Below are positions 25,155 through 34,312 of a stretch of DNA of 53,714 bases, one piece after another. Source of the stretch: Eubacteriales bacterium (GTDB lineage Bacteria > Bacillota > Clostridia > Oscillospirales > JAAYXM01); contig JAZQSI010000021.1 in assembly GCA_045629985.1 (NCBI GenBank), forward strand, positions 1 through 53,714, written 5' to 3'. Position 1 is the stretch's first letter; every line of letters starts with the position of its first letter. The position numbers and the translations under genes were made by a program. The notes under the pieces were generated by a model. That model searched no databases, was not told where the DNA came from, and saw only the letters and a program-made list of their open reading frames with translations.

Positions 25155-27878
25155 TCAAATAATTCCCATTCTTACAAAACAGTAATCTTCATTCCAAAGC
25201 AGATTTTCAAGTCCCCAGACCTCAACCGCTCTTTCGTTTTTCCAGATGCAGTTTTCTTTGTAGAATGAACCCGGAGCAACCTGGTACGACTCACCTATCT
25301 CAAGATGATGAGGACCGAGAAGGTTTCTTAAGTTATTCACAAGGGTGACGGTAAGAGTGTGTTTACCGCGTGCCGCAAGCGCACTTAAGTTCACCTCATC
25401 CTTACCCCACAAAAGCGAAACGTCTTTTCCGTCGAGTGAAATGCGTACAACGTTTATTCCCGTGCGTCTGAAGTTTAAGACGGTTGAGTCTCCGATTACA
25501 ATTTCCTTTTCAACGGTAAGTTTTCCGCAGAAAAACGGGAATCCCTGCTCCTGAATATTTGAGAGCTTAATCTCACGCTTCGGCTCGGCGATTGCAAACT
25601 CTCCAAGATAGCGGCACGCACCTCTATCCAGAGGTCTCCACTCGCCGTCCGTCTTTACAGAAAACTCACCTACAAGATAGACCGCTTCGATTTCTATATC
25701 GTAAGAAAGCTTGTTCTTCTCACTTTCAAACTTATATGCACGCTTAAGGTTATTGTAAAATCCTTCGCTCTGGACAAAATCACAGTCAAATGAAATGACA
25801 TTTTCACCGAGTCTCAAATACTTTGCAACTTCAATCCGTTTGAAGCTGTAATCGACAAATGTTCCGCAGACAGTTTTGTCTATCGGTATTCCGTTTATCG
25901 AAATCTCGAACTTTTCAGGACTTTCCGTAACCAGGTGGAGACTTTCAGGAATATAATCACATTTTACGTGATAGTCCTGATGTATCTTCACTGCTCTGCC
26001 AAGCGCATTTGCACGTTCCGGGACATTAAGAACATAGCCGTTTTTCTCCTGGAGAGCACCATCAAAGTAGTAATCACATTTATCAAGAACAAGGCTGTTT
26101 TCAACTTTTCCGGATATCCTGAAGTTTCCATCGGGATAGATGATATCCGGAGAGCAATTTTCTGAAGTTATCAGTTTTGTGCCGTCTTCAACTACAACAA
26201 GACTTCCAAGCGGCTCAAATGTATAGTCCTCAGAGAGCGGGAGAAGTTCTCCGCTGATTATATCAAGGCATCTTCCCTCAACACCGAGACTTGCCTTTTG
26301 TTCTTTGTCCGTACTGTTTACGAAATAGTGAACGGTGCAATCGCCAAACACACGCTTTGCATATGTGATTGAAGGATTATTTATTACAGAATTTTCACAA
26401 AGCTCGTCAGAAGTTACAATCTTACCGCCGTTCTCAGAAAATTCAGAAAGAAGCTTTCTTGTGGAATCAAAAAGCACTTCATCTGATAAAAGTATGACCT
26501 TATCATACTTAAAGTCACCAATGACGATCGCATTGCCATCAACAACTGCATGTCTTTCCATTATGGTTTCATCGCCGAGATGGAATTCAATATGTTTTCC
26601 TTCAAGCGTTCTTATGTTTTCAAGAAGAAGCTCGTTGAGTTCTTCGATTTTGCTCTTATCGCTATCGTTATACATCGTCCATGCAAGGGACATCGGATGA
26701 ATAAGCAAAACTGAAGTTTCTTCCCTGCCCTCATTGAGAATCTTGCCTACCCCCGACATTGAATCGATAAATGTCTTGTAATCATCCCACCACGGCTGTT
26801 GATAGTACATACTCGGCGGATAATCTCTTTTTCTGATACCCTTCATTGAGTACGCCTCAAGATGCTGACACATAAGATTTATGCCTCGAACCATATGCCA
26901 CTCATAAAGAGCCTTGAGCTCCGAAAAGCTGACATTGTTGCCGCAAAGGGCAAAAATCTCAACAAGGACAGCCTCTTTGTTCATCTGCGCACCAACAGAA
27001 CCTACCTGACGTGCTGTGAGGCAGTCAAACATTTTTCTGCCGAGCCAATCGACACCGGGAATATGAAAATATTCGTAATGCGCCATAGCGGCTCCGTTTG
27101 ACGTAATCTGGCCGAAAATATCATCTTCAACTGCAAGGTGACCGGTAAGCTTAAGTCCTCTTTCGCTACACCAATCGTATATATTCTTCATATATGCCGT
27201 TGAAAAGAGATCAGTAACCATCTTCCAGAAATTGAATCTTGTCTCTTTATAGTCACCAACTTCCAGAAAGAGCTCTTCAAGCTTATCTAAAATATTCTCG
27301 CCATATCTTTCTTTGTATTCCTCTTCAAAAACAAAGCTCCACGGGATTCCGTTACGAGAAATCTGCGGCTCATCCGTAAAGAATCCTTCTATCTCATTGC
27401 CGTACTTTTTGTAATAGACATCATATACCTCATCAAGGAAAATGTCTGTTACTTTTTTATCAAGGACATCAACATAAAACGGATTGATGTCGTAGTAGAA
27501 GTAATGCTCTCCGCACTTGCAGATTGCAGTTTCTTTATGGTTTTGTTCAGCCTCCATACGGAGATATTTCTGCTGAAACTCTACACCGCGTTCGTTGATT
27601 TTACCATCTCCGAAACCGCTCGGCCATCCGTTTTCGTCATATGCCCAAGCTTTTATCCCAAGTTCCTTAGCGGTTTCTATCGACGCTGTGACATTATCAA
27701 ACCATTCCTCGCCCATGTATTCGGTAGCAAGGCCTCCGCGCGCATGCATGAAGAAGCCCCCCATTCCACACTCCGCCATAAGGCGAACCTGACGAGAAGT
27801 CTCTTCTGTATTCAATTTGTCATTCCAACTCCAGAACGGAATTGGTCTGAACTTTTGAGAAACAGTTTTAAAATCCAT
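25155..27878 (-). CDS. Large cytoplasmic glycoside-hydrolase-like protein (N-terminal TIM-barrel-like + C-terminal beta-sandwich; GH106-like 'jelly-roll glycosylhydrolase' by recollection)
   Basis: 907 aa with no signal peptide. The N-terminus FRPIPFWSWNDKLNTEE...MAECGMGGFFMHARGGL...EEWFDNV...AKELGIKAWAYDENGWPSGFGDG is a pattern I associate with uncharacterised GH families. The exact family cannot be assigned by eye. The ATG lies 15 nt after the ispA stop. Confidence 0.6.
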   Translation of the reverse strand: MDFKTVSQKFRPIPFWSWNDKLNTEETSRQVRLMAECGMGGFFMHARGGLATEYMGEEWFDNVTASIETAKELGIKAWAYDENGWPSGFGDGKINERGVEFQQKYLRMEAEQNHKETAICKCGEHYFYYDINPFYVDVLDKKVTDIFLDEVYDVYYKKYGNEIEGFFTDEPQISRNGIPWSFVFEEEYKERYGENILDKLEELFLEVGDYKETRFNFWKMVTDLFSTAYMKNIYDWCSERGLKLTGHLAVEDDIFGQITSNGAAMAHYEYFHIPGVDWLGRKMFDCLTARQVGSVGAQMNKEAVLVEIFALCGNNVSFSELKALYEWHMVRGINLMCQHLEAYSMKGIRKRDYPPSMYYQQPWWDDYKTFIDSMSGVGKILNEGREETSVLLIHPMSLAWTMYNDSDKSKIEELNELLLENIRTLEGKHIEFHLGDETIMERHAVVDGNAIVIGDFKYDKVILLSDEVLFDSTRKLLSEFSENGGKIVTSDELCENSVINNPSITYAKRVFGDCTVHYFVNSTDKEQKASLGVEGRCLDIISGELLPLSEDYTFEPLGSLVVVEDGTKLITSENCSPDIIYPDGNFRISGKVENSLVLDKCDYYFDGALQEKNGYVLNVPERANALGRAVKIHQDYHVKCDYIPESLHLVTESPEKFEISINGIPIDKTVCGTFVDYSFKRIEVAKYLRLGENVISFDCDFVQSEGFYNNLKRAYKFESEKNKLSYDIEIEAVYLVGEFSVKTDGEWRPLDRGACRYLGEFAIAEPKREIKLSNIQEQGFPFFCGKLTVEKEIVIGDSTVLNFRRTGINVVRISLDGKDVSLLWGKDEVNLSALAARGKHTLTVTLVNNLRNLLGPHHLEIGESYQVAPGSFYKENCIWKNERAVEVWGLENLLWNEDYCFVRMGII

Positions 27879-27893
27879 CTTAACACCATCAAA

Positions 27894-28769
27894 TCAGTTA
27901 TTTCTTGAAACAAGCATATTTGCAACCCAGATGAGGAATTCACTTTCAGGAAGTTTTTTTACCTCTTCTATTGCATTATCGGTAAGCTCCGAGACCTTTG
28001 CTTTACACTCATCAAGTCCCCAAAGCTTTACGAACGTTGACTTTCCGCTCTCCTCATCGTTACCGACGTCTTTTCCCATTATCTCAGCATCTCCCTCAAC
28101 ATTGAGAATATCATCGCGAATCTGGAATGCAAGTCCTATACTTTCAGCATAAGCTGTTGCCGATGCAATCTGCTCATCAGTTGCCCCTCCGAGGATGCAA
28201 CCCATAACGGCCGCAGCTCTTATAAGAGCACCTGTCTTCATTTCCTGAAGTTTTTTAATCTCATCAGCATTGAGAGTACGGCTCTCTCCCTCCATATCTA
28301 TAATCTGACCGCCAATCATTCCGTCTGCGCCGGAGGACGTGCCAAGATAGCGAAGAGCTTTGAGTGTAACCTCGGGAGCAAAAGTGCTGTTTTCAAGAAC
28401 GTGCTCAAAAGCACGGTTTAGGAGAGCATCTCCTGCAAGTACTGCAACCGCTTCACCGAACATTTTATGGCTCGTGGGGCGGCCACGACGAAGGTCATCG
28501 TCATCCATGCACGGCAAATCATCGTGAATGAGAGAATACGTATGAATCATTTCAAGCGCCACGGCAAACGGCATTGCCTTTTCCGGTGCAACACCAAAGA
28601 CACGCGCAAATTCAAGCACGAGAAGCGGACGTATTCTTTTTCCTCCTGCATTGAGGCTGTATCTCATCGCTTCAAAGACATTGCCGTAAAGACAGTCCTT
28701 TTGCGGAATTGCCTCATCAAGAGCACGATTTATACTGTCCTGGTATTCAGAAAATCTTTTGGCAAGCAT
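27894..28769 (-). CDS. ispA: Farnesyl/geranyl diphosphate synthase (polyprenyl synthetase)
   Basis: First Asp-rich motif LIHDDLPCMDDDDLRRG and second motif FQIRDDILN. It follows xseB as in Bacillus. Confidence 0.92.
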   Translation of the reverse strand: MLAKRFSEYQDSINRALDEAIPQKDCLYGNVFEAMRYSLNAGGKRIRPLLVLEFARVFGVAPEKAMPFAVALEMIHTYSLIHDDLPCMDDDDLRRGRPTSHKMFGEAVAVLAGDALLNRAFEHVLENSTFAPEVTLKALRYLGTSSGADGMIGGQIIDMEGESRTLNADEIKKLQEMKTGALIRAAAVMGCILGGATDEQIASATAYAESIGLAFQIRDDILNVEGDAEIMGKDVGNDEESGKSTFVKLWGLDECKAKVSELTDNAIEEVKKLPESEFLIWVANMLVSRNN

Positions 28770-28966
28770 TATTCTTCCTCCGCGTTAAAAGGCACTTCTG
28801 AAGGCGTACTTCCTTTTACAAGAAGCGTAACCTTCTGTTCTGCTTCATCAAGCATTTTTGAGCACTCTTTTATAAGCCCTGTTCCTTCCTCAAACAAAGC
28901 AAGAGCGTTATCAAGTCCGCCGTCTCCTCGCTCAAGAATTTTTACGACCTCTTCAAGCCTTGCCAT
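28769..28966 (-). CDS. xseB: Exodeoxyribonuclease VII small subunit (possibly N-terminally truncated; see findings)
   Basis: LEEVVKILERGDGGLDNALALFEEGTGLIKECSKMLDEAEQKV is the XseB helical hairpin. The stop overlaps the ispA ATG (TAATG). No RBS precedes ATG 28966. Confidence 0.8.
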   Translation of the reverse strand: MARLEEVVKILERGDGGLDNALALFEEGTGLIKECSKMLDEAEQKVTLLVKGSTPSEVPFNAEEE

Positions 28967-29009
28967 CGATTGTCAAGAAGTTGCTTTCTCAGGCATAGTC
29001 TTCATCCTT

Positions 29010-30203
29010 TCAATCAACCGTACAGTTTATATTGCCGTCTTCGACACGCAATGTCACTTTTTCACCGCTCACCGCATCTGACACACGTTTAATCACCTTT
29101 CCGCTTTCCGATGTGGCGATTGAATAACCTCGCGAAAGAACCTTGAGCGGGCTCATCGCATCAAGTGATGCAACACTCTTTGCAAACCTTTCTTTCGACT
29201 TCATAACAGAGCGGTTTGCGCTTCCTGCAAGCTTTTCGGCAAGGAAATCAAGATTCAGGCGACGCTCTGCAAAGAAGCTCTGCGGACTTTGCATGACGTT
29301 TTTCTGTGCAATATTCTTAAGAGCTTCACGCTTTAAATTAAGCCTTGATACAATCAAAGAATAAAGCCTTGCTTCCGAATCCTTTATACTGCGACGAAGT
29401 GCAACAGAATCAGGGACTGCAATTTCTGCCGCGTTTGACGGCGTTGCCGCACGGACATCAGCAACAAAGTCCGATATGGTTACATCAGGTTCGTGGCCGA
29501 CCGCTGAAATAACAGGGATTTGTGAGTTATATATTGCCCGTGCAACACTTTCATCGTTAAACCCCCACAAATCCTCAATCGAACCGCCGCCACGACCGGT
29601 AATAATCAAGTCGGAAAGTTTGTGCTCGTTTATATATTCAATCATAGAAGCGATGTCAGCGGGTGCATCGGGTCCCTGAACAAGAACAGGACAAACCAGA
29701 ACCTCTGACATCGGGAAACGAGCCTTCAGAATTCTAAGTATATCTCTTACCGCCGCACCCGTTGGAGATGTGACAACTGCAATCTTCTTTGGGAATCGCG
29801 GAAGCGGTTTCTTGTGCGTTTCATCAAAAAGTCCTTCTGCGAGAAGTTTTTTCTTGAGCTGTTCAAAAGCCACATACAAAGCTCCCACACCATCCGGAAT
29901 CATATCGCTTATATAAAGCTGATATTGCCCGTCACGCGGGAAAACGCTTACACGACCTTTGGCTATAACCTTCATTCCGCTCTCGGGGCGGAAGTTGAGC
30001 TTTGCCGCCTCAAACTTGAACATAACGGCGCGGATTACAGAGTTTTCATCCTTGAGCGTCATATAGTGATGCCCCGAAGAGTGAAACTTGTAGTTTGAGA
30101 TTTCTCCCTTAACATACACACCGCTTAAGTTCGGGTTTGAGTCAAACATAGACTTCAGATATTCATTCAGCTCGCTAATAGTACAGATATGAGCCATAAC
30201 CAA
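29010..30203 (-). CDS. xseA: Exodeoxyribonuclease VII large subunit
   Basis: N-terminal OB fold (VKGEISNYKFHSSGHHYMTLKD), IAVVTSPTGAAVRDIL, GRGGGSIEDLW.FN, and C-terminal coiled-coil. 397 aa. Confidence 0.93.
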   Translation of the reverse strand: MVMAHICTISELNEYLKSMFDSNPNLSGVYVKGEISNYKFHSSGHHYMTLKDENSVIRAVMFKFEAAKLNFRPESGMKVIAKGRVSVFPRDGQYQLYISDMIPDGVGALYVAFEQLKKKLLAEGLFDETHKKPLPRFPKKIAVVTSPTGAAVRDILRILKARFPMSEVLVCPVLVQGPDAPADIASMIEYINEHKLSDLIITGRGGGSIEDLWGFNDESVARAIYNSQIPVISAVGHEPDVTISDFVADVRAATPSNAAEIAVPDSVALRRSIKDSEARLYSLIVSRLNLKREALKNIAQKNVMQSPQSFFAERRLNLDFLAEKLAGSANRSVMKSKERFAKSVASLDAMSPLKVLSRGYSIATSESGKVIKRVSDAVSGEKVTLRVEDGNINCTVD

Positions 30204-30206
30204 CGC

Positions 30207-30644
30207 CTATCCTTCTCTGACAATACTTCCTAAAATTCCGTTGATAAACGATACCGTCTCTGCAGAATCGTACTTCTTTGCAATCTCAACCGCCTCATTT
30301 ATGGCAATCTTTTCGGAAACATCTTCAACATATTTCGACTCATAAACTGCAACACGCATTATCGCCATTGCAATTCTCGAAATTCTGTTGAGATTCCAGC
30401 CAACTGAGTATTTTTTGATAAGCTCATCAATCTCTTCGCGCTTATCTGAAACACCGTTGACGATTCCAAGGATATACGCATGCTGGGATGCCCCAACCTG
30501 TGAATATATTTCTGTATCAGCGGAGATGCTCTTCGCAAAATCATCGCTTAAAAAGTAGTTGAGCGATTCTGTTCCGATTTCATTGTCAAAGCCGAAATCA
30601 TACACGATATGAACGGCTACCTCACGCGCGGCTTTTCTGCTCAT
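30207..30644 (-). CDS. nusB: Transcription antitermination factor NusB
   Basis: MSRKAAREVAVHIVY... and the NusB fold motif (W.L.RI..MAIMRVAVYE). ATG 30644 is preceded by GGAGGAAGTAAC. The ORF-track extension to 30710 is A/T-rich leader. Confidence 0.9.
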   Translation of the reverse strand: MSRKAAREVAVHIVYDFGFDNEIGTESLNYFLSDDFAKSISADTEIYSQVGASQHAYILGIVNGVSDKREEIDELIKKYSVGWNLNRISRIAMAIMRVAVYESKYVEDVSEKIAINEAVEIAKKYDSAETVSFINGILGSIVREG

Positions 30645-30737
30645 GTTACTTCCTCCATAACTTAAAAATGCATAAATAATCACTATATATAATAATATAT
30701 TAATTAACACATATTGTCAATCTGATTGACCGCAATA

Positions 30738-32102
30738 TCAGAATAAAAGAGCGATTGCTTCTCTGATATTTTTTGCAAAAATCACATCAAGCCCATCAGG
30801 GACAACTATGTCGCGCGAATTCTGATGCGGCATAATGCAATGAGTAAAACCAAGGCGTCTTATTTCATTCAACCTCTGCTGGGCAGAAGAGACTGCTCTT
30901 ATCTCTCCCGTCAGCCCGATTTCGCCAAAAGCTGCAAAATCACTCGGCAACGGCTTGTCCTTTGCGGCCGATGCCACCGCAAGAAGTGTCGGAAGGTCTG
31001 CCGATGTCTCATCAATCTTAAGACCTCCGATTACGTTTATGTAGGCATCGTAGTTCCCAAGCTTAAATCCTGCGCGTTTTTCAAGAACAGCAAGCAGAAG
31101 CGTTGCTCGGTTATAATCAACACCGGAGCTCATTCTGCGTGGTGTTCCGTACGCCGTCTGCGCAACGAGTGCCTGAATCTCTGCAAGAATCGGACGTGAC
31201 CCTTCCATAACACAAGCAACGCAAGTTCCCGGAACATCGCACGGACGACCGTCAAGAAGTGCGGCAGACGGATTTTTGACTTCAACAAGCCCTTTATCAC
31301 GCATCTCAAAAACACCGATTTCGTTCGTTGATCCGTATCTGTTCTTCGCGGCGCGAAGAATGCGGTATGACATATTCTTGTCGCCCTCAAAATAAAGTAC
31401 ACAGTCCACCATATGCTCAAGAACTTTAGGCCCTGCTATGTATCCGTCCTTATTGACGTGACCTACAACGAAAACGGTTATGTTCTTTCCTTTCGCAAGC
31501 TCCATGCACGAGAGCGTACATTCGCGTACCTGCGCGACACTTCCCGGAGTTGAGGAAATGTCACTCTTATACACGGTCTGGATTGAGTCGATTATCATTA
31601 TTTCCGGTTTCAGGCGCTCTGCAACCGAGATTATATCATCCATATCGGTACCGGCGTAAACATAGAGAGAGTCAGGATTTACGCCAAGTCTCTCAGCGCG
31701 GAGCTTGAGCTGGCGCTGTGACTCTTCACCAGATATGTAAAGTACTTTTGATTTACAGCATAAATTACTGCATATTTGCAAGAGAATAGTGGATTTGCCT
31801 ATTCCGGGTTCACCACCTACGAGAACAAGCGATCCTGACACCGCTCCACCACCGAGAACGCGGTTAAGCTCCTCCATTCCGGTATCAAATCTTATCTCAT
31901 CTGCAAGCGCAATCTCGGTTATCGGCGAAATTTCACCGCGGCGGGATGCTTCCAAAACATCTGCTGCTCTCGAAGATTTTTTCGTTGCCTGAACACTCAT
32001 TTCCTCAAGAGAGTTCCACGCACCGCAGGCAGGACATTTGCCGTTCCATTTTGGCGTCTCATTGCCACATTCTCTGCATATAAACACTGTTTTTGTCTTC
32101 AT
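30738..32102 (-). CDS. radA: DNA repair protein RadA/Sms
   Basis: N-terminal zinc finger CRECGNETPKWNGKCPACG, Walker A GEPGIGKST, KNRYG motif, and C-terminal Lon-like domain. Confidence 0.93.
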   Translation of the reverse strand: MKTKTVFICRECGNETPKWNGKCPACGAWNSLEEMSVQATKKSSRAADVLEASRRGEISPITEIALADEIRFDTGMEELNRVLGGGAVSGSLVLVGGEPGIGKSTILLQICSNLCCKSKVLYISGEESQRQLKLRAERLGVNPDSLYVYAGTDMDDIISVAERLKPEIMIIDSIQTVYKSDISSTPGSVAQVRECTLSCMELAKGKNITVFVVGHVNKDGYIAGPKVLEHMVDCVLYFEGDKNMSYRILRAAKNRYGSTNEIGVFEMRDKGLVEVKNPSAALLDGRPCDVPGTCVACVMEGSRPILAEIQALVAQTAYGTPRRMSSGVDYNRATLLLAVLEKRAGFKLGNYDAYINVIGGLKIDETSADLPTLLAVASAAKDKPLPSDFAAFGEIGLTGEIRAVSSAQQRLNEIRRLGFTHCIMPHQNSRDIVVPDGLDVIFAKNIREAIALLF

Positions 32103-32114
32103 AGCTTTCCCACT

Positions 32115-32831
32115 TCACTTTTCATTTTGATATCGCAAAAAACCTGCCGCTATACACATAGCAAGCTTCGTCTGATATGTATCCTTTTTGAGCAGTTTTG
32201 CCTCTTCATGATTTGTCAGAAAACCGCATTCTACAAGAATCGCAGGGCAGTTCACATTCTCAAGAATATAGATCGTCTTGTCGTTCTGTTTTTCAACGCG
32301 TCGGTTATTCTCATCAATTCCTGCCTTTAGTGCTGACTGGACGTTATTTGCAAGCAACTTACTGTTTGCATTTGACTTTGAAAAGAAAACCTGAGCTCCT
32401 TTGCAGTTATCCTGCGGAAATGAGTTCTGATGCACGCTTATCAGCGTTACCTGCGGCGTATTCTGAATCTTTTCCACGCGTTTTTTAATATCTGCAACCT
32501 TCCTCTTTCGAAGAGAGCTTCTTTCATCAAAAAACAGCGCATCGTCACTTCTTCTGGTCATATCCGTATTCACACCGCAGAGATTCATAATATGTTCAAG
32601 TTTTTCTGAAACCACAAGATTAATCTGCTTTTCAAGTATTCCGTCGGGGCCTTTCGCGCCGCCGTCTTCTCCACCGTGACCTGCATCAATCATAACGGTC
32701 ACCCCATGAAGCTCACCAAAGCTTTGACGGGACTCTTCCCCTCTTTCAAGAAGAAAGAGCATCGACAACACAAGCACAAACACCACAACACTTACGAGAT
32801 TAAATACATATCTGAACTTCAAAAATATCAC
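32115..32831 (-). CDS. N-acetylmuramoyl-L-alanine amidase, CwlD-like (Amidase_3)
   Basis: N-terminal TM, then IDAGHGGEDGGAKGPDG..EK.INL, SVHQNSF and ILVECGFLTN motifs typical of germination-specific CwlD. The start is uncertain (GTG 32831 or TTG 32822). Confidence 0.8.
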   Translation of the reverse strand: MIFLKFRYVFNLVSVVVFVLVLSMLFLLERGEESRQSFGELHGVTVMIDAGHGGEDGGAKGPDGILEKQINLVVSEKLEHIMNLCGVNTDMTRRSDDALFFDERSSLRKRKVADIKKRVEKIQNTPQVTLISVHQNSFPQDNCKGAQVFFSKSNANSKLLANNVQSALKAGIDENNRRVEKQNDKTIYILENVNCPAILVECGFLTNHEEAKLLKKDTYQTKLAMCIAAGFLRYQNEK

Positions 32832-32866
32832 CCCAATAATTTTATGGCGTGATATTTAAGAGTATT

Positions 32867-33415
32867 CTATTCTTCGTCTGCTTTGTAAATAAGTATCTGC
32901 TTGATGGAGATACCAAGCCTTCCAAGAATGTATGAAACGCCTGAAATTACGGGGATTACCATCGGAAAAAGTATATTTAGTGCAGGACTACCCTCGATAA
33001 GCTGATATAACTCACCCATCGGCAGATTCAGGAATCTGTTGATTACAACTACTCCATCCTGACCTATGAATTCAAAAAACAAAACGTACCCGCTTTCAGA
33101 AACAAACGCGAGAACAGCAAAAATGATTCCAGGTATCGCCGCAATGAGACCTGCAATAAAACCGCGAAACTTGTTATCTGAAAGATATCCGAGCCGTACC
33201 CTGTTTTCATCCGAAGAACCTGCACGCCAAGACGTTGAATACAAAAGCGCAACATATACAGCAATCGAAAGGATAAATCTCAGAAGAGAAAAACCGCCCG
33301 ACGAAAAAAAGCCTATAACGGTAGTAATAAACACCGACATAACAATGGCAATAAGCTGATTTGCTATGATACTAAGAGAATATTTAACAAGTGACGGTGC
33401 ATTATTTTTCTTCAT
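32867..33415 (-). CDS. Polytopic membrane protein, unknown function
   Basis: About 182 aa from ATG 33415, which is preceded by AGGAGAG. There are 5 hydrophobic helices. The ORF-track N-terminal extension to 33535 would overlap rsgA by >100 nt. Confidence 0.55.
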   Translation of the reverse strand: MKKNNAPSLVKYSLSIIANQLIAIVMSVFITTVIGFFSSGGFSLLRFILSIAVYVALLYSTSWRAGSSDENRVRLGYLSDNKFRGFIAGLIAAIPGIIFAVLAFVSESGYVLFFEFIGQDGVVVINRFLNLPMGELYQLIEGSPALNILFPMVIPVISGVSYILGRLGISIKQILIYKADEE

Positions 33416-33425
33416 ATCTTCTCTC

Positions 33426-34310
33426 CTACTTATACTTTGGAAGTGCCGAAAGCTCCAAATACATTTTCTTGTAGCTTTCATATCTTGACCTCTGTATTTT
33501 CCCCTCTTCAAGTGCGCGAAGAACAGCGCAACCATCTTCCTTTATGTGAGCACATCCTACAAAACGGCAGTCATTGCCAAATTCCCTGAACTCTGGAAAA
33601 TACTCTGCAAGGTTTTCCGCATTTATTTCAGATTGTGCCGTAACATCAAACGCAGAGAATCCGGGAGTATCCGAAATCCATGTGTTTTCATCAGCCTTGA
33701 GAATCTCTACAAGGCGGGTGGTATGCCTGCCTCGCCCAAGCTTCTGATTTATTTCACCAGTCTCAAGTTGTGCTGAGGGTATAAGCGCATTTATAAGCGT
33801 AGACTTTCCGACGCCTGAATTTCCTGTCAATGCAGTGAGCTTTCCCTTTAGATGTTCACGAAATTCACAAACGCCCTCTCCGCTGAGTGCGCTGAGGCGG
33901 AACACCTTTGCAGATGTGTTCTTATAAATCTCATAGAGCTCATCGCCAATATCCTCATCGCATTTGTTTATGACTATACAGACCTCAATATTCTTGTGGG
34001 TCGCCATTGCTGTGATTCTGTCTATGAAATACGTATCCGTACATGGTGGCGCCTTTGATGCAATTATCGCTATCATATCGATATTTGCAACAGGCGGACG
34101 AATCATCATATTTTTCCGCTCGTGTATTTCCATTACATATCCCGTGCGGTCATCATGCACCGATATGTCAACAAAATCACCAATATACGGCGTTATTCCG
34201 AGTTTTCGGAGCTTTCCTCTCGCCCTGCAAGTAATAATTCCGTCCTCGGTATCGACATAATAAAAGCCGCCTATTCCCTTAAGGATTCTTCCAAAACTCT
34301 TCTTTTCCAT
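33426..34310 (-). CDS. rsgA: Ribosome small-subunit-dependent GTPase A
   Basis: Circularly permuted GTPase: NKCD (G4) precedes GNSGVGKSTLINAL (G1) and DTPGF (G3). C-terminal zinc knuckle C..C.H...C. Confidence 0.92.
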   Translation of the reverse strand: MEKKSFGRILKGIGGFYYVDTEDGIITCRARGKLRKLGITPYIGDFVDISVHDDRTGYVMEIHERKNMMIRPPVANIDMIAIIASKAPPCTDTYFIDRITAMATHKNIEVCIVINKCDEDIGDELYEIYKNTSAKVFRLSALSGEGVCEFREHLKGKLTALTGNSGVGKSTLINALIPSAQLETGEINQKLGRGRHTTRLVEILKADENTWISDTPGFSAFDVTAQSEINAENLAEYFPEFREFGNDCRFVGCAHIKEDGCAVLRALEEGKIQRSRYESYKKMYLELSALPKYK

Positions 34311-34312
34311 AA

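Noticed and set aside
28973-28975. In-frame TGA in xseB as evidence for an alternative genetic code (TGA = Trp/Gly)
   Set aside because: TGA is used as a genuine stop by several well-delimited genes here: dxs at 22010, the GH at 25155, ispA at 27894 and xseA at 29010. All other long genes are intact under the standard code.
28467-29081. 204-aa + strand ORF across ispA/xseB
   Set aside because: It is antisense to two genes with strong family motifs (the DDxxD boxes of IspA and the XseB helices). It has no RBS and no recognisable domain.
30645-30710. N-terminal extensions offered by the ORF track (nusB to 30710; membrane protein to 33535; membrane protein to 46091; yajC from 14922)
   Set aside because: The extensions are hydrophobic or A/T-rich read-through of leaders, or overlap the upstream gene by about 100 nt. 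Internal ATGs with strong Shine-Dalgarno sequences give proteins that match family N-termini.
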